Assembly (NCBI GenBank): GCA_965652295.1
Contig: CBFGTS010000013.1
Location: 51,258 to 115,257, forward strand
Source of the DNA: an uncultured Haloferula sp.
Lineage (GTDB): Bacteria > Verrucomicrobiota > Verrucomicrobiia > Verrucomicrobiales > Akkermansiaceae
Reading direction: 5' to 3'
DNA length: 64,000 bases
The notes under the pieces are model-generated. The model had not been told where the DNA came from. It saw only the letters and a program-made list of their open reading frames with translations, and did not search any database. Position numbers and translations under genes: made by a program. Below, piece by piece: positions 10,086 to 19,038 of the stretch. Within the stretch, counting starts at the first letter, position 1, and each line of letters starts with the position of its first letter.

Positions 10086-10862
10086 TTAGAAATCCCGTTT
10101 CGTGACGGCCAACCCGCCCCATGCCAGGAAAAGCGCGGCCCAGCCGCTGCAGAGGAGCGCGAACCACGTCCCGAGGTGGTTGAGGTACCAACGTCCAAGG
10201 TCGGATGCCGAGCCCGCTTCGAAAGGAATGCGGTCGAGTTGGAGGATCGCACTGATGCGGAGGGCGTCGAGGGGGCTGGACATGAGGAAACCCAGCCACA
10301 GGTCGGGATGCTTCTCCGCCAGACCGCTCCGCGCCGCGCCGAGGGCAAGCAGGTCCGGACCGACGAGCAGGGCGAGCCACAGGCAAAGCCCGAGCATGTG
10401 TGCCTTGACGCGGTCGCGAACCGTGAAGCCTACCGCCATCCCCAGCGCCGCGAACATGATGCACGCTCCCAGAGCGTGGAGCCAGAGCAGGGTCATTTCA
10501 TGAAACGGAGCACCGGCGATCGCAGCGGGAAGCACCAGCAGCAGCGTGGCTACGGCAAACATGGTACCAAGTGCCGTGAACTTCCCGAGAATGCGCCCGC
10601 TGCCGCCGATCGGCAGGCTGGCCAGGAAATCCCGCTCCTCCTCCTCGCCTTGGGCGGAGCCGACGCCGGTCAGCAGCGAAAAGAGCGGCACCATCCACAG
10701 GCAGGCCTGGAGCAGCGTGTAGCCGGCGGTCTTTTCGATCCCCGACGACATGACCACCGGGACCAGTCCGACAGTCAGGCACAACGCGGCGAACACGTGA
10801 ACGAACCGGTTCAGCAGAGCGGTCCGGATCTCGCGGGAAAAAAAGGCGCTGAAAGTGTTCAT
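10086..10862 (-). CDS. nosY: NosY ABC permease
   Basis: multi-TM ABC-2 type permease, 4-bp overlap with nosF, nos context. Confidence 0.8.
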   Translation of the reverse strand: MNTFSAFFSREIRTALLNRFVHVFAALCLTVGLVPVVMSSGIEKTAGYTLLQACLWMVPLFSLLTGVGSAQGEEEERDFLASLPIGGSGRILGKFTALGTMFAVATLLLVLPAAIAGAPFHEMTLLWLHALGACIMFAALGMAVGFTVRDRVKAHMLGLCLWLALLVGPDLLALGAARSGLAEKHPDLWLGFLMSSPLDALRISAILQLDRIPFEAGSASDLGRWYLNHLGTWFALLCSGWAALFLAWGGLAVTKRDF

Positions 10863-11551
10863 ACGGCCTGTTGGAGCAAGGGTTTGAGAATCCTCGGACC
10901 ATTCCGGAGATGCTCGGGATCGACCTCGCCCTCCACCCGGCCGTCGCAGCACGACAGGCAGCGGTCGGCCGCGCCTTCCCATTCGGCGAGAAGGTGGGTG
11001 GTCACCAACACCGTCTTGCCGTGGCGGGCTTCGTCACGCAGCAGCGATTGCAGGCGACCGCGCCACTCGGGATCGAGGCTCAGACCGGGCTCGTCGAGCA
11101 GGACGACCGGCGCGTCCGGCAACAGCAGCACGGCCAGTCCGAGGCGCTGGCGGAGGCCGCCGGAGAGCGACCCGGTAGGTTTCCCCCCATGCTCCACGAG
11201 CCCCGTGAGTTCGAGCATGTGATCGATCCGGCCGCGGTCCGCCCCGCGCACCCTCGCGTAAAACGCAAGCACCTGCCGACAGCTGAGCCGCGGATGAAAG
11301 GCCACGCCCTGCGGCAAATACGATAAATGCCGTTGTGCCTTGCGTCGGCCCTTGACCAGATCAACACCGTCCACGACCGCCCGGCCGGCGTCCGGCCGGA
11401 CGAGTCCCGCGAGGATCCGCAGGGTGGTCGTCTTGCCGGCGCCGTTCGAGCCGATCAACAAAGTCACCTCGCCTGCCCGGGCCGTCATCGAAAGCCCGCG
11501 CAGCACCTCCTGCCGTCCGTAGTTTTTTCTCAAGTCTTCGATGGAGATCAT
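10859..11551 (-). CDS. nosF: NosF ABC ATPase
   Basis: GSNGAGKTT, LSGG, LLDEP, H-loop; lies between nosD and nosY. Confidence 0.85.
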   Translation of the reverse strand: MISIEDLRKNYGRQEVLRGLSMTARAGEVTLLIGSNGAGKTTTLRILAGLVRPDAGRAVVDGVDLVKGRRKAQRHLSYLPQGVAFHPRLSCRQVLAFYARVRGADRGRIDHMLELTGLVEHGGKPTGSLSGGLRQRLGLAVLLLPDAPVVLLDEPGLSLDPEWRGRLQSLLRDEARHGKTVLVTTHLLAEWEGAADRCLSCCDGRVEGEVDPEHLRNGPRILKPLLQQAV

Positions 11552-11554
11552 AAA

Positions 11555-12838
11555 TCAGGGGTGGTGGGTGCTGAGCGGGGCGGGATCCCGGATCCCCTGG
11601 ACCCGGGGCAGAGCCACGTGGCTATGGGCGAATTCGATCAGCTTCAGCCCCGGGCTTCCGGAAAGCAGGCCGATCTCCGGCAGCGGCCGGCGTAACCGGC
11701 CCAGCAGATCAACCTCACGATGCGGCAATTCGCCCCTGCCGTCGCCATTGAGATCGATCGGCACGGCACCCTCCCAATGGTTGCCTACGCCGTCGAGCGC
11801 CCAACGGTTCGTGTCGCTCAGACCTCCAGCGAGTTCGGCGGAGTGCAGGTTGCCGGTGAAGACATTACGGGAAAAAACGTTGTCGTTGGAACTCGCCGTC
11901 AGCCGCACGCCGACGTAGTTGTGCTCGATCGCATTGCCCACGAGCACATTGCCGTTGTTGTTTTCCAGATAGATCCCGACGGTGTTGTTGTTGAGCTGGT
12001 TGCCCTCGATCCGGGTGGTGTCCACCGAGTTGAGCAGAAGACCATAAGCACGAAAGCCCTCGTTGGAAACGAAGCGGTTGCCGCGCACGAGCAGGTTCTT
12101 CGAATACATGATCGCCGCTCCTGCCGCATTGTCGGAAAAGGAGTTCCCTTCGAAAACGTTGTGATCGGAATACATGTAGTGCAGCCCATAGCGAACTCCC
12201 TTGATCTTGTTGGCCCGGACCGTGGTGTGATCGGTGAAGGAGAAATACATCCCGTCGCGGGTGTCGGCGATCGTGTTGCCATCGAGTTCGCATTCATGGC
12301 TGTTCCAGAGGTGGATGCCATTGCCGCGCGAGTTGATATTGAGCACCGAGCAAAGGTCCGGGCTGTCGGCGACGATCGCGGTCGAGGTCGGGCGCTTCGC
12401 CGTCGGCAGCGTGGTCTTGCCGTGGATGTCGTTGCGGACCACCCGGCAGCCGGTCACTTTCTTCAGGTAGATTCCGTGCAGCACGTCGATGACCCGGTTG
12501 CCGGCGATGGAGGCGCGGTCGCCGGTGACGTGGATGCCGGCGTGATCTTTCGACAAATCGGTGCCCGAATGGGCGATCACCAGGCCGCGCAGCGTGACGT
12601 CCGCGGCACGGATGGAAATCACGTGGCCGTCCCCTCCGCCATCAATCCGCGGCCAGCCGCGGCCGACCAGCCGGATCGGTTTGTCGATCACCAGCGGGCC
12701 GGCGTGATCGCCGGGGCCGACCTCAAGGGTCGCACCCGGCACCGCGGCGTCAATCCGCTCCTGCAGCTCCGTCGCGCTGGCGCTCAACGCGAGGCCGAGC
12801 GCGGCAACTGCGGCACTTGCTCTTTTCTGGAAATCCAT
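11555..12838 (-). CDS. nosD: NosD periplasmic maturation protein
   Basis: beta-helix repeats; RGNGIHLWN, RDGMY, RYGLHYMYS, GNHW..DLNGDG motifs. Confidence 0.92.
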   Translation of the reverse strand: MDFQKRASAAVAALGLALSASATELQERIDAAVPGATLEVGPGDHAGPLVIDKPIRLVGRGWPRIDGGGDGHVISIRAADVTLRGLVIAHSGTDLSKDHAGIHVTGDRASIAGNRVIDVLHGIYLKKVTGCRVVRNDIHGKTTLPTAKRPTSTAIVADSPDLCSVLNINSRGNGIHLWNSHECELDGNTIADTRDGMYFSFTDHTTVRANKIKGVRYGLHYMYSDHNVFEGNSFSDNAAGAAIMYSKNLLVRGNRFVSNEGFRAYGLLLNSVDTTRIEGNQLNNNTVGIYLENNNGNVLVGNAIEHNYVGVRLTASSNDNVFSRNVFTGNLHSAELAGGLSDTNRWALDGVGNHWEGAVPIDLNGDGRGELPHREVDLLGRLRRPLPEIGLLSGSPGLKLIEFAHSHVALPRVQGIRDPAPLSTHHP

Positions 12839-13428
12839 ATCGCTAGGATGAGCGCCAGCATGAACCCGAAGAGCAGATAGGTGCCCGTTTCGGGGTAGCT
12901 GGACTGGGTGAAGTTGGCGATTTTCTGGGTGCCGAAGATCAGGGGTGTGAACGGTTCCACCGTCATCGGCGCCGCCGGATCGAGGTCGTGCCCGTAGCTA
13001 TACAGCCGGTAGTAGAACGCCCCGATCGAGAAGAGTCCGAAGTACGACGCCAGCACGAAGAGATCGACCACCGCGCCCATGTAGCCGAACACCGCCGCCC
13101 GCAGTGCCAGCAGGATGAACAGCCCCAGCATGAAGGGCATCACCTGCATCTCGGTGAAATCCGCCTCGGAGATCGTCTTCATGCCGATGTAGTGGTTGAG
13201 CATGTTGATCTCCTTGAGGTCCTGGCCATCGTTACCGCCCTCGATCCGATAAGCGTAAATGGTCATCTCCAGGCCCTCGGCGTACTGCGGTGCCACCAGA
13301 TTCAAGCGCCACAGCGGGAAATAAACCGACCCCGCCACCAGCAACGCGCCGAGCAGAAGCAGAAACCGCGATGCGAGATTCAGCGGCTTGTGCAGGAAGA
13401 CATACTCGGCGCGTAGCAATCGGTGCAT
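12784..13428 (-). CDS. nosB: clade II nos membrane protein (NosB-type)
   Basis: PLW..LVAPQY.EGL, EINMLNHYIGM, YGHDLDP.AP motifs typical of the protein following clade II nosZ. Confidence 0.8.
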   Translation of the reverse strand: MHRLLRAEYVFLHKPLNLASRFLLLLGALLVAGSVYFPLWRLNLVAPQYAEGLEMTIYAYRIEGGNDGQDLKEINMLNHYIGMKTISEADFTEMQVMPFMLGLFILLALRAAVFGYMGAVVDLFVLASYFGLFSIGAFYYRLYSYGHDLDPAAPMTVEPFTPLIFGTQKIANFTQSSYPETGTYLLFGFMLALILAIWISRKEQVPQLPRSASR

Positions 13429-13446
13429 CGGTTTGCAAGGTGGTGG

Positions 13447-15435
13447 CTACTCCCCGACATCAACGGCCGGCACGGCCTCGATGTCCTCGGTCGGCTCGGT
13501 TTGCATCGTCGGTTCGACCGGCTCATCAGTCCCTGCACCGGCCGGGGCCGTCCCGGCGGCCTCCCGGACCACCAGATAACCCTGCATCTCCTGGTGCAGC
13601 GCCGAGCAGAAGTTCGTGCAATAGAAAGGGAAGACCCCCGGCTTCTTCGCCTCGAACTCGACCGACTTCGTTTCCCCCGGATCGACGATGATATTGATGT
13701 TGTGCTCATTGACCCCGAAGCCGTGGATCATGTCCGGCGTCTGCTCGATGTTGGTCACGTGGATCTTCACCGTGTCGCCGACCCTCGCTTCGATCTTGTC
13801 GGGCGCGAAACGGCTGCGCACGGCGACGACCTTGGCGTTCACCTCGTTGCCCGTGCGCTCCGCGGTTCCCTCGCTGAGGTCCCAAACCGCGTTGGGATCG
13901 GTGTTTTCCGCCCTCGGGTAAACTTCGATCGGCTGGATGGCATCGACCTTGAGAATCTGCGCGAAGTGCGGCTCCGGCTCGGTGTAGGCTTCGGCCACCA
14001 TCTTCATCTTCTCGCCGGAGATATCAATCAACTGGCTGGATTCCGGCTGCGAGGGACCGACACTGACGTGGCGCCCCTTGGACAGCTTGTTCATCGCCAC
14101 CAGCCACTTGCCGTAGGGCTCCTTGGTGTCGCTGCCGGCAACCACCAGGTGGCCGATGCTGTAATGAACGGTGATCTTGTCGAGCACTACCTTGGACAGG
14201 TCCTGCTTCTCCTCCTCGGTCCACGGCGGCAGCTTCCATTTGGCCACGGCGGAATCGATGAACAACGAGGTGTAGGCGTTGCCCTTACCATCGTATTGGG
14301 TGTGCAGCGGGCCGAGCCCGACCGGCACCTCGCCTTCCACCACGCTGTCGTGGGTCAGGATCGGAATGCCGCGGAAGTCGCCCTCGAAGTCCTTGCCCTC
14401 GATGGCGGCGAGAATCTTCTCGACGTTGAGCACCGTGGTCGTCGGCTGCAGCTTGCCACCGGCCGAGACCCACTTGCCGGTCGGATCGACGTCCATCCCG
14501 TGGGGGGACTTGGCGATGCCGATCAAGTGGACAAGGCCGGGAACCTTCGCCGGATCAAGTACCGGCACGCCTTCCATCGTAGTGGCCTTGCCGTCCTCGA
14601 CCGCCTGCGCGGCCGCCCGCCAGTTGACGATCGCCCCGAGGTCACGCTCCGCTTGGGAGGCATTCACCTCAAGCGTCTCATGCGCCATTTCCGTGTTATA
14701 TGAAGTAAAGAAGACATAACCACTGCTTGGCCCCTTGCCGGTCGAGGCGAGGTCGAAATCGAAAGGCGGCATCAGAATCTGGAAGCCCACGCTCATCTCA
14801 CCGCTCTCGGGATGGACTTTCAGCGCCGTGATCATGCCAGCATACTCCGTCGCATAATCCTCCAATTCAGCCACCCGGCCTTTCGGCAGCGGCGTCGAGA
14901 AGCGGGTGGAAACGAAGAGATACTCCGTGTTCTCCGTCACGAACGACGAGGCGTGGCTGCCGCTCGAGTTCGGCAACGGTCCCAGGATCTGCTTGGTCTT
15001 GAAATCCCGCAGGCTGATGCGCGCCACGCGGTTGTTGGCGTTGTCGTTCACGAAAAGCCAGCGCCCGTCGTACTTGCTGTCGGTCTGCGACAGCGCGGGG
15101 TGGTGGACGTCGCCCCAGGTGTAATCGCCGAGCATCTTCTTGCTCTCGGTGTCGAACCCGTATCCGGTCCCGGGGTAGGGAGCGAAGACCGGGATGGTGG
15201 AGATGTGGCGCATCGACGGGATGCCGGCCACAAACACCTGGCCGGAATGCCCGCCGGAGTAGAAGAGATAGTATTCGTCCTTCTCGCCGGGGGCGACGTA
15301 GGTCGCCTCGGCGGCGCTGGTCCGCTCGGCGGCGCTGGATGCGTCCTCCCCGCCGTTCTGTCTGCCGCAGCCCGAAAGAACCAGCCCGATGGCACCGGCG
15401 CAGACGAGACCGCCCAATGTTGTAATGGTTTTCAT
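13447..15435 (-). CDS. nosZ: Sec-dependent (clade II) nitrous-oxide reductase
   Basis: GGHSGQV, CuZ His motifs (DVHH, SPHG, GPLH, IGHL, EPH), CuA site HGF..CTNFCSALHQEM; no twin-Arg signal; lipobox LSGC. Confidence 0.97.
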   Translation of the reverse strand: MKTITTLGGLVCAGAIGLVLSGCGRQNGGEDASSAAERTSAAEATYVAPGEKDEYYLFYSGGHSGQVFVAGIPSMRHISTIPVFAPYPGTGYGFDTESKKMLGDYTWGDVHHPALSQTDSKYDGRWLFVNDNANNRVARISLRDFKTKQILGPLPNSSGSHASSFVTENTEYLFVSTRFSTPLPKGRVAELEDYATEYAGMITALKVHPESGEMSVGFQILMPPFDFDLASTGKGPSSGYVFFTSYNTEMAHETLEVNASQAERDLGAIVNWRAAAQAVEDGKATTMEGVPVLDPAKVPGLVHLIGIAKSPHGMDVDPTGKWVSAGGKLQPTTTVLNVEKILAAIEGKDFEGDFRGIPILTHDSVVEGEVPVGLGPLHTQYDGKGNAYTSLFIDSAVAKWKLPPWTEEEKQDLSKVVLDKITVHYSIGHLVVAGSDTKEPYGKWLVAMNKLSKGRHVSVGPSQPESSQLIDISGEKMKMVAEAYTEPEPHFAQILKVDAIQPIEVYPRAENTDPNAVWDLSEGTAERTGNEVNAKVVAVRSRFAPDKIEARVGDTVKIHVTNIEQTPDMIHGFGVNEHNINIIVDPGETKSVEFEAKKPGVFPFYCTNFCSALHQEMQGYLVVREAAGTAPAGAGTDEPVEPTMQTEPTEDIEAVPAVDVGE

Positions 15436-15468
15436 GATGTTTCTCAGCTTGTATTCGGCTCGTGATGG

Positions 15469-16014
15469 TTACTTGACGGTGAGAACCCCCTTCATCCCGA
15501 TCGTGCAGTGGCCGGGGAAGGAGCAGAAATATTCGTAGTCGCCGGGCTCGGAGGGCGCGTTGAATGTCACCGTCTCTTTCTCGCCAGGTCCAAGGATCTT
15601 GGTTCGTGCGATCACTTGATCCTCCATGTTGGTCGGAATGTAGTCGTTGCCGGCAAAGGCAAAGCCCTCCTCGACGATTTTGGCGACATCCGCCTCCTTG
15701 ATCAACAACACCCAGTTATGGCCCATGGAGGCTTTGGGCATGGAGCCGACGTTGATGAGCGTCACTTCCAACGGCTGCCCGGCTTGCGCCTCGATCGCCT
15801 CGACGCTGAACTTCATCTGGTCGTTGGCAGTGATCTCGATCTTCTTCAGCGGGAGGTCGGACTTGACCGGTGCCGGCTTCGACGCTGCTTCGGTGGCCGG
15901 TGAGGCATCCTCGTTGGAACCCGCCTCGTCGGAGGACTTGCCGCAGCTGCAAACGAGCGTCGCACCGATCAGGGTCACGAGAAAAAGAGGAAGGCTAGCG
16001 TATTTCGGTTTCAT
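15469..16014 (-). CDS. azurin/auracyanin-like type 1 copper lipoprotein
   Basis: NDQMKF, MGHNWV, YFCSFPGH...M copper ligands; lipobox-like VCSC. Confidence 0.88.
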   Translation of the reverse strand: MKPKYASLPLFLVTLIGATLVCSCGKSSDEAGSNEDASPATEAASKPAPVKSDLPLKKIEITANDQMKFSVEAIEAQAGQPLEVTLINVGSMPKASMGHNWVLLIKEADVAKIVEEGFAFAGNDYIPTNMEDQVIARTKILGPGEKETVTFNAPSEPGDYEYFCSFPGHCTIGMKGVLTVK

Positions 16015-16041
16015 GATTTGATGTGGTTTTCGGTGGAAAAA

Positions 16042-16947
16042 TCAGGGTTTGGAACTGGCCACGGGTGTCTCGCCGAGGGCTTCGATCACTTCGTCGGGTT
16101 TCCAAAAGTTGCCGCGCCAGATCCGGCGGATGGTGCCGTCGGCCTCGACGAGGGCCGTGCACAGCCCATGGTTGATCGTGCCGTTCGCGGTCTCGGTGTA
16201 GACGGAGAACGCCCGCGTCAGCTTCTCGACCTCGGCCGGCTGGCCACAGGCAAAGCGCCAGAAGTCGCCATCGTCGGTGTGGACGGCCGCGTAATCCGCC
16301 AGCACCTCGGGTGTGTCGTGTTCGGGATCGAAGGAGATGCTCAGGAGATGCGTGCGCCCGGCCAGTGCAGGACTCTGTTTGATGCGCTCCTCCAAGGTTT
16401 TGAAGTGGCTCGACATCAGCGGGCAGAAATTCGGCACCGGGCAACGGGTGAAGATGAAGGTCAGCACCAGCGATTTGCCGTCGAATGTTCCGGCGTCGAT
16501 GGCGCGCCCTTTTTGATCGGTCAACTCAAAGTCCGGCAACCTGTCCCCTTCCTCTAGCCGCTTGATCTTCGGAGCCGCCGCCACCGGCACTCCGGCTTTC
16601 TCCGGCAGATGGACCGTGGCGGGATCCACCGGCCGCACGCGCTGGATCCAGGAATCGTCACCGGTCACCACGAACTCAAACGAGACCGCCTCGCCCGTCT
16701 CCACGCCCTCGACATCCTCGCCGGCCTTCACCGTGAAGGGCATCGTCATTGATGGCATGTAGCCGGGAATCTCCTCGTGCTCGATGATCAGGGTGGAATC
16801 CTCACGCTCCACCGCACGCACCACGCCCCGCACTTCGTAGGTCGTCGCGCCCGGTGAGGTCGATGCCGACGGTTCGGAGCGCGAGCAGGAAGTCGGCAGG
16901 ACCAGCAGGGCGGCGAACCCGAAGAGGGCAGGTTTCAAGGTTTTCAT
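16042..16947 (-). CDS. CusF-domain/SCO (SenC) fusion copper chaperone
   Basis: N-terminal HEEIPGYMPSMTMPF (CusF-like); C-terminal FTRCPVPNFCP, SFDPEHDTP, conserved His (SCO). Confidence 0.85.
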   Translation of the reverse strand: MKTLKPALFGFAALLVLPTSCSRSEPSASTSPGATTYEVRGVVRAVEREDSTLIIEHEEIPGYMPSMTMPFTVKAGEDVEGVETGEAVSFEFVVTGDDSWIQRVRPVDPATVHLPEKAGVPVAAAPKIKRLEEGDRLPDFELTDQKGRAIDAGTFDGKSLVLTFIFTRCPVPNFCPLMSSHFKTLEERIKQSPALAGRTHLLSISFDPEHDTPEVLADYAAVHTDDGDFWRFACGQPAEVEKLTRAFSVYTETANGTINHGLCTALVEADGTIRRIWRGNFWKPDEVIEALGETPVASSKP

Positions 16948-16992
16948 GATACGAAAGTTGCGGTGGCTCAGGTCCTTCGGGGCACGTCCGGC

Positions 16993-17718
16993 TCAGGGGC
17001 TTTGAAGCTTCCTCGCGGCCGGGAAGAGCACCGAGTTCTCGAGGTGGATATGCCGGTGGAGGTCTTCCTCCAGCTCGGCCAACCCGGCGAACAGCGCGCG
17101 ATAGGTGTTGCAGGCATCCGGCGGCGGCGTGAAGCCGTTGGTCAGCTCGCGGAGCTTCGCCAGTGCCTCACCGGCATCGTCATGCTCATGAAGCATGCAG
17201 TCGATCGGGCCATCGAGCGGCATGGCGGTGGAGTCCCCCCCGGCGAGCTGCTCGATGGCGGGGAACAGCATCTGCTCCTCCTTCATCAGGTGCTCCGCCA
17301 GTTCGACCGCCATGGCCCGAAAGACCTCGAGAACTTTCACCAAAGAGGGCGTGTGCGGTCCATGCACCTGCGCCACGCGCGCCGCCATGGCATCGAGCCG
17401 CGGCAGCTCCTCGCGCAGGTAGCCGTGATGGACGGCCACGATGTAACGGCTCAGCTCGACCGGCGGATAGGTTGCCGGGTTCACCGCCGGTGCGGGCTTT
17501 TCACGAAGCTCGGCCTCCAGCTGTTCGACCACCGCATCGAGGGCAACCCCCTTCCGTTCGCAAGCTTCACGCAAGGTGCGGCCGCCCTGGCAGCAGAAAT
17601 CGATGCCGTAGCTCTGAAAAATCCGCGACTGCGAGGGCCGCTCGGCCACGATCTCCCCCACCGTTCTTTGCTCCATCGGCGTTCCTGCCGGCGAGAACTC
17701 TATCGTTTTGTGACTCAT
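16993..17718 (-). CDS. ric: iron-sulfur cluster repair di-iron protein (Ric/YtfE/DnrN)
   Basis: IDFCCQG N-terminal domain; hemerythrin HH, HLMKEE, HEH, HIHLEN. Confidence 0.93.
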   Translation of the reverse strand: MSHKTIEFSPAGTPMEQRTVGEIVAERPSQSRIFQSYGIDFCCQGGRTLREACERKGVALDAVVEQLEAELREKPAPAVNPATYPPVELSRYIVAVHHGYLREELPRLDAMAARVAQVHGPHTPSLVKVLEVFRAMAVELAEHLMKEEQMLFPAIEQLAGGDSTAMPLDGPIDCMLHEHDDAGEALAKLRELTNGFTPPPDACNTYRALFAGLAELEEDLHRHIHLENSVLFPAARKLQSP

Positions 17719-17759
17719 AACGACCGCACCATCCCGCCCGTCGGGGCGGTTAACAAGAA

Positions 17760-17781
17760 AAAAAGAATGTTATTTCTTTTT
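17760..17781. promoter_or_regulatory. AT-rich palindrome, candidate Rrf2-family operator
   Basis: AAAAAGAA-TGTTAT-TTCTTTTT perfect 8-6-8 inverted repeat between divergent ric and Rrf2 genes. Confidence 0.6.
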
Positions 17782-17936
17782 AATCGGCCGATGTCAGTCT
17801 CCGGGAGTCCGGAGGCGTTCGCGGTTCACTGGGACGGGGAGCTTCGATTGACAGTGGAATCCCCGTCCGCTCCCTTCGTGGAGGCGGGAATCCCGCCGCC
17901 GCACTCCGGACGAGTCGTCCCTGAAAATGAAATGCC

Positions 17937-18359
17937 ATGTTTGGATACGGTAAAATGAGCGCCTGTGCGGTGGCCGCGATGAGCGCCCTCGCGGAAAAGC
18001 ACGGAACGGGAGAATCGCTCAGCTCGCAGCAGATCGCCGACAGCCGCAACCTGTCGAAGCCGTTGGTCGCGAAGATCCTGACGGTGCTCTCGCAAGCCGG
18101 CTTTGTCGTCGGCACCCGCGGTCCCGGCGGCGGCTATCGCCTCGGCCGCGATCCCGGGGACGTCACGGTGCTCGATGTCGTGGCGCTTTTCGAGGGTCAC
18201 CGGGAAATCAGCGCCTGCCCTTTCGGCCCCGGTTGGTGCGGAGTGGGCGACCCCTGCCCTCTTCACGACATCCTGGCCGATCTCTCCGACTCCACCGCGG
18301 CCACCCTGCGCAACGTGAGCTTCGCCGCCTTCGTGGGCCATGGGAAGGGAAGCCAATAG
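17937..18359 (+). CDS. Rrf2-family transcriptional regulator (Fe-S type)
   Basis: winged HTH, RGPGGGYRL, C-terminal CPFGPGWCGVGDPCPLH. Confidence 0.9.
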   Translation: MFGYGKMSACAVAAMSALAEKHGTGESLSSQQIADSRNLSKPLVAKILTVLSQAGFVVGTRGPGGGYRLGRDPGDVTVLDVVALFEGHREISACPFGPGWCGVGDPCPLHDILADLSDSTAATLRNVSFAAFVGHGKGSQ

Positions 18360-18360
18360 G

Positions 18361-19029
18361 ATGATCGCTGCCGGGATCCGCGCCGTCTTCTTCGACGTCT
18401 ACGGTACGCTGCTCGACGGCACGCGTCATCCGGACCGACACGAAAGAATGGCTGCCGTGGCGGAACGTTTCGGGGTGAAGGCGGAGTGCCGGATCGATGA
18501 GGCCTTCGACCGCGCCGTGGCCGCCGCGCACCGGGCGTCGGGCGAGCCGTTTCCGGAAATCGACGTCCGCGCACTCTGGAGGCTGATCTTTCCGGCGCTC
18601 ACGGAGACCGACGCGTTCGCGCTGGAAATCGAGGAGGCGGTGCATCCGGTGATCGTCCACGAGGAGGGGGCCGAGATCCTTCACCAAGCAGTGCAACAAG
18701 GGCTGCCGATCGGGATCATCTCGAACGCCCAAGCCTACACACGGGTTCTGTTGGAACGGCATTTCCCTGACGTCTGGCCGTGTTTGCGAAAGGATCTGAT
18801 GACCTTCTCCTATGAACATCGGATCGCCAAGCCGGACCGGCGGTTGTTTGAAGAAGCGATCCGTCCTCTCATCCACGAAGGCCTCTCCCCTGGCGAAATC
18901 CTGATGGTCGGCGACTCCCCCACCCATGACATCCAGCCGGCGGAGGCACTGGGACTGCGGACTCTTCTCTTACCTCGGCAGGCCCGCCGCCCAGGGTTTC
19001 CCGTTGCCCGGAACAATGCGCGGCGGTAG
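18361..19029 (+). CDS. HAD-superfamily hydrolase
   Basis: FFDVYGTLL, ISN, KPD, MVGDS..HD motifs. Confidence 0.88.
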   Translation: MIAAGIRAVFFDVYGTLLDGTRHPDRHERMAAVAERFGVKAECRIDEAFDRAVAAAHRASGEPFPEIDVRALWRLIFPALTETDAFALEIEEAVHPVIVHEEGAEILHQAVQQGLPIGIISNAQAYTRVLLERHFPDVWPCLRKDLMTFSYEHRIAKPDRRLFEEAIRPLIHEGLSPGEILMVGDSPTHDIQPAEALGLRTLLLPRQARRPGFPVARNNARR

Positions 19030-19038
19030 AACCGCACC

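Noticed and set aside
17790..17915. Several GC hairpins in the Rrf2 gene leader
   Set aside because: Short stems expected at this GC content; no recognisable riboswitch
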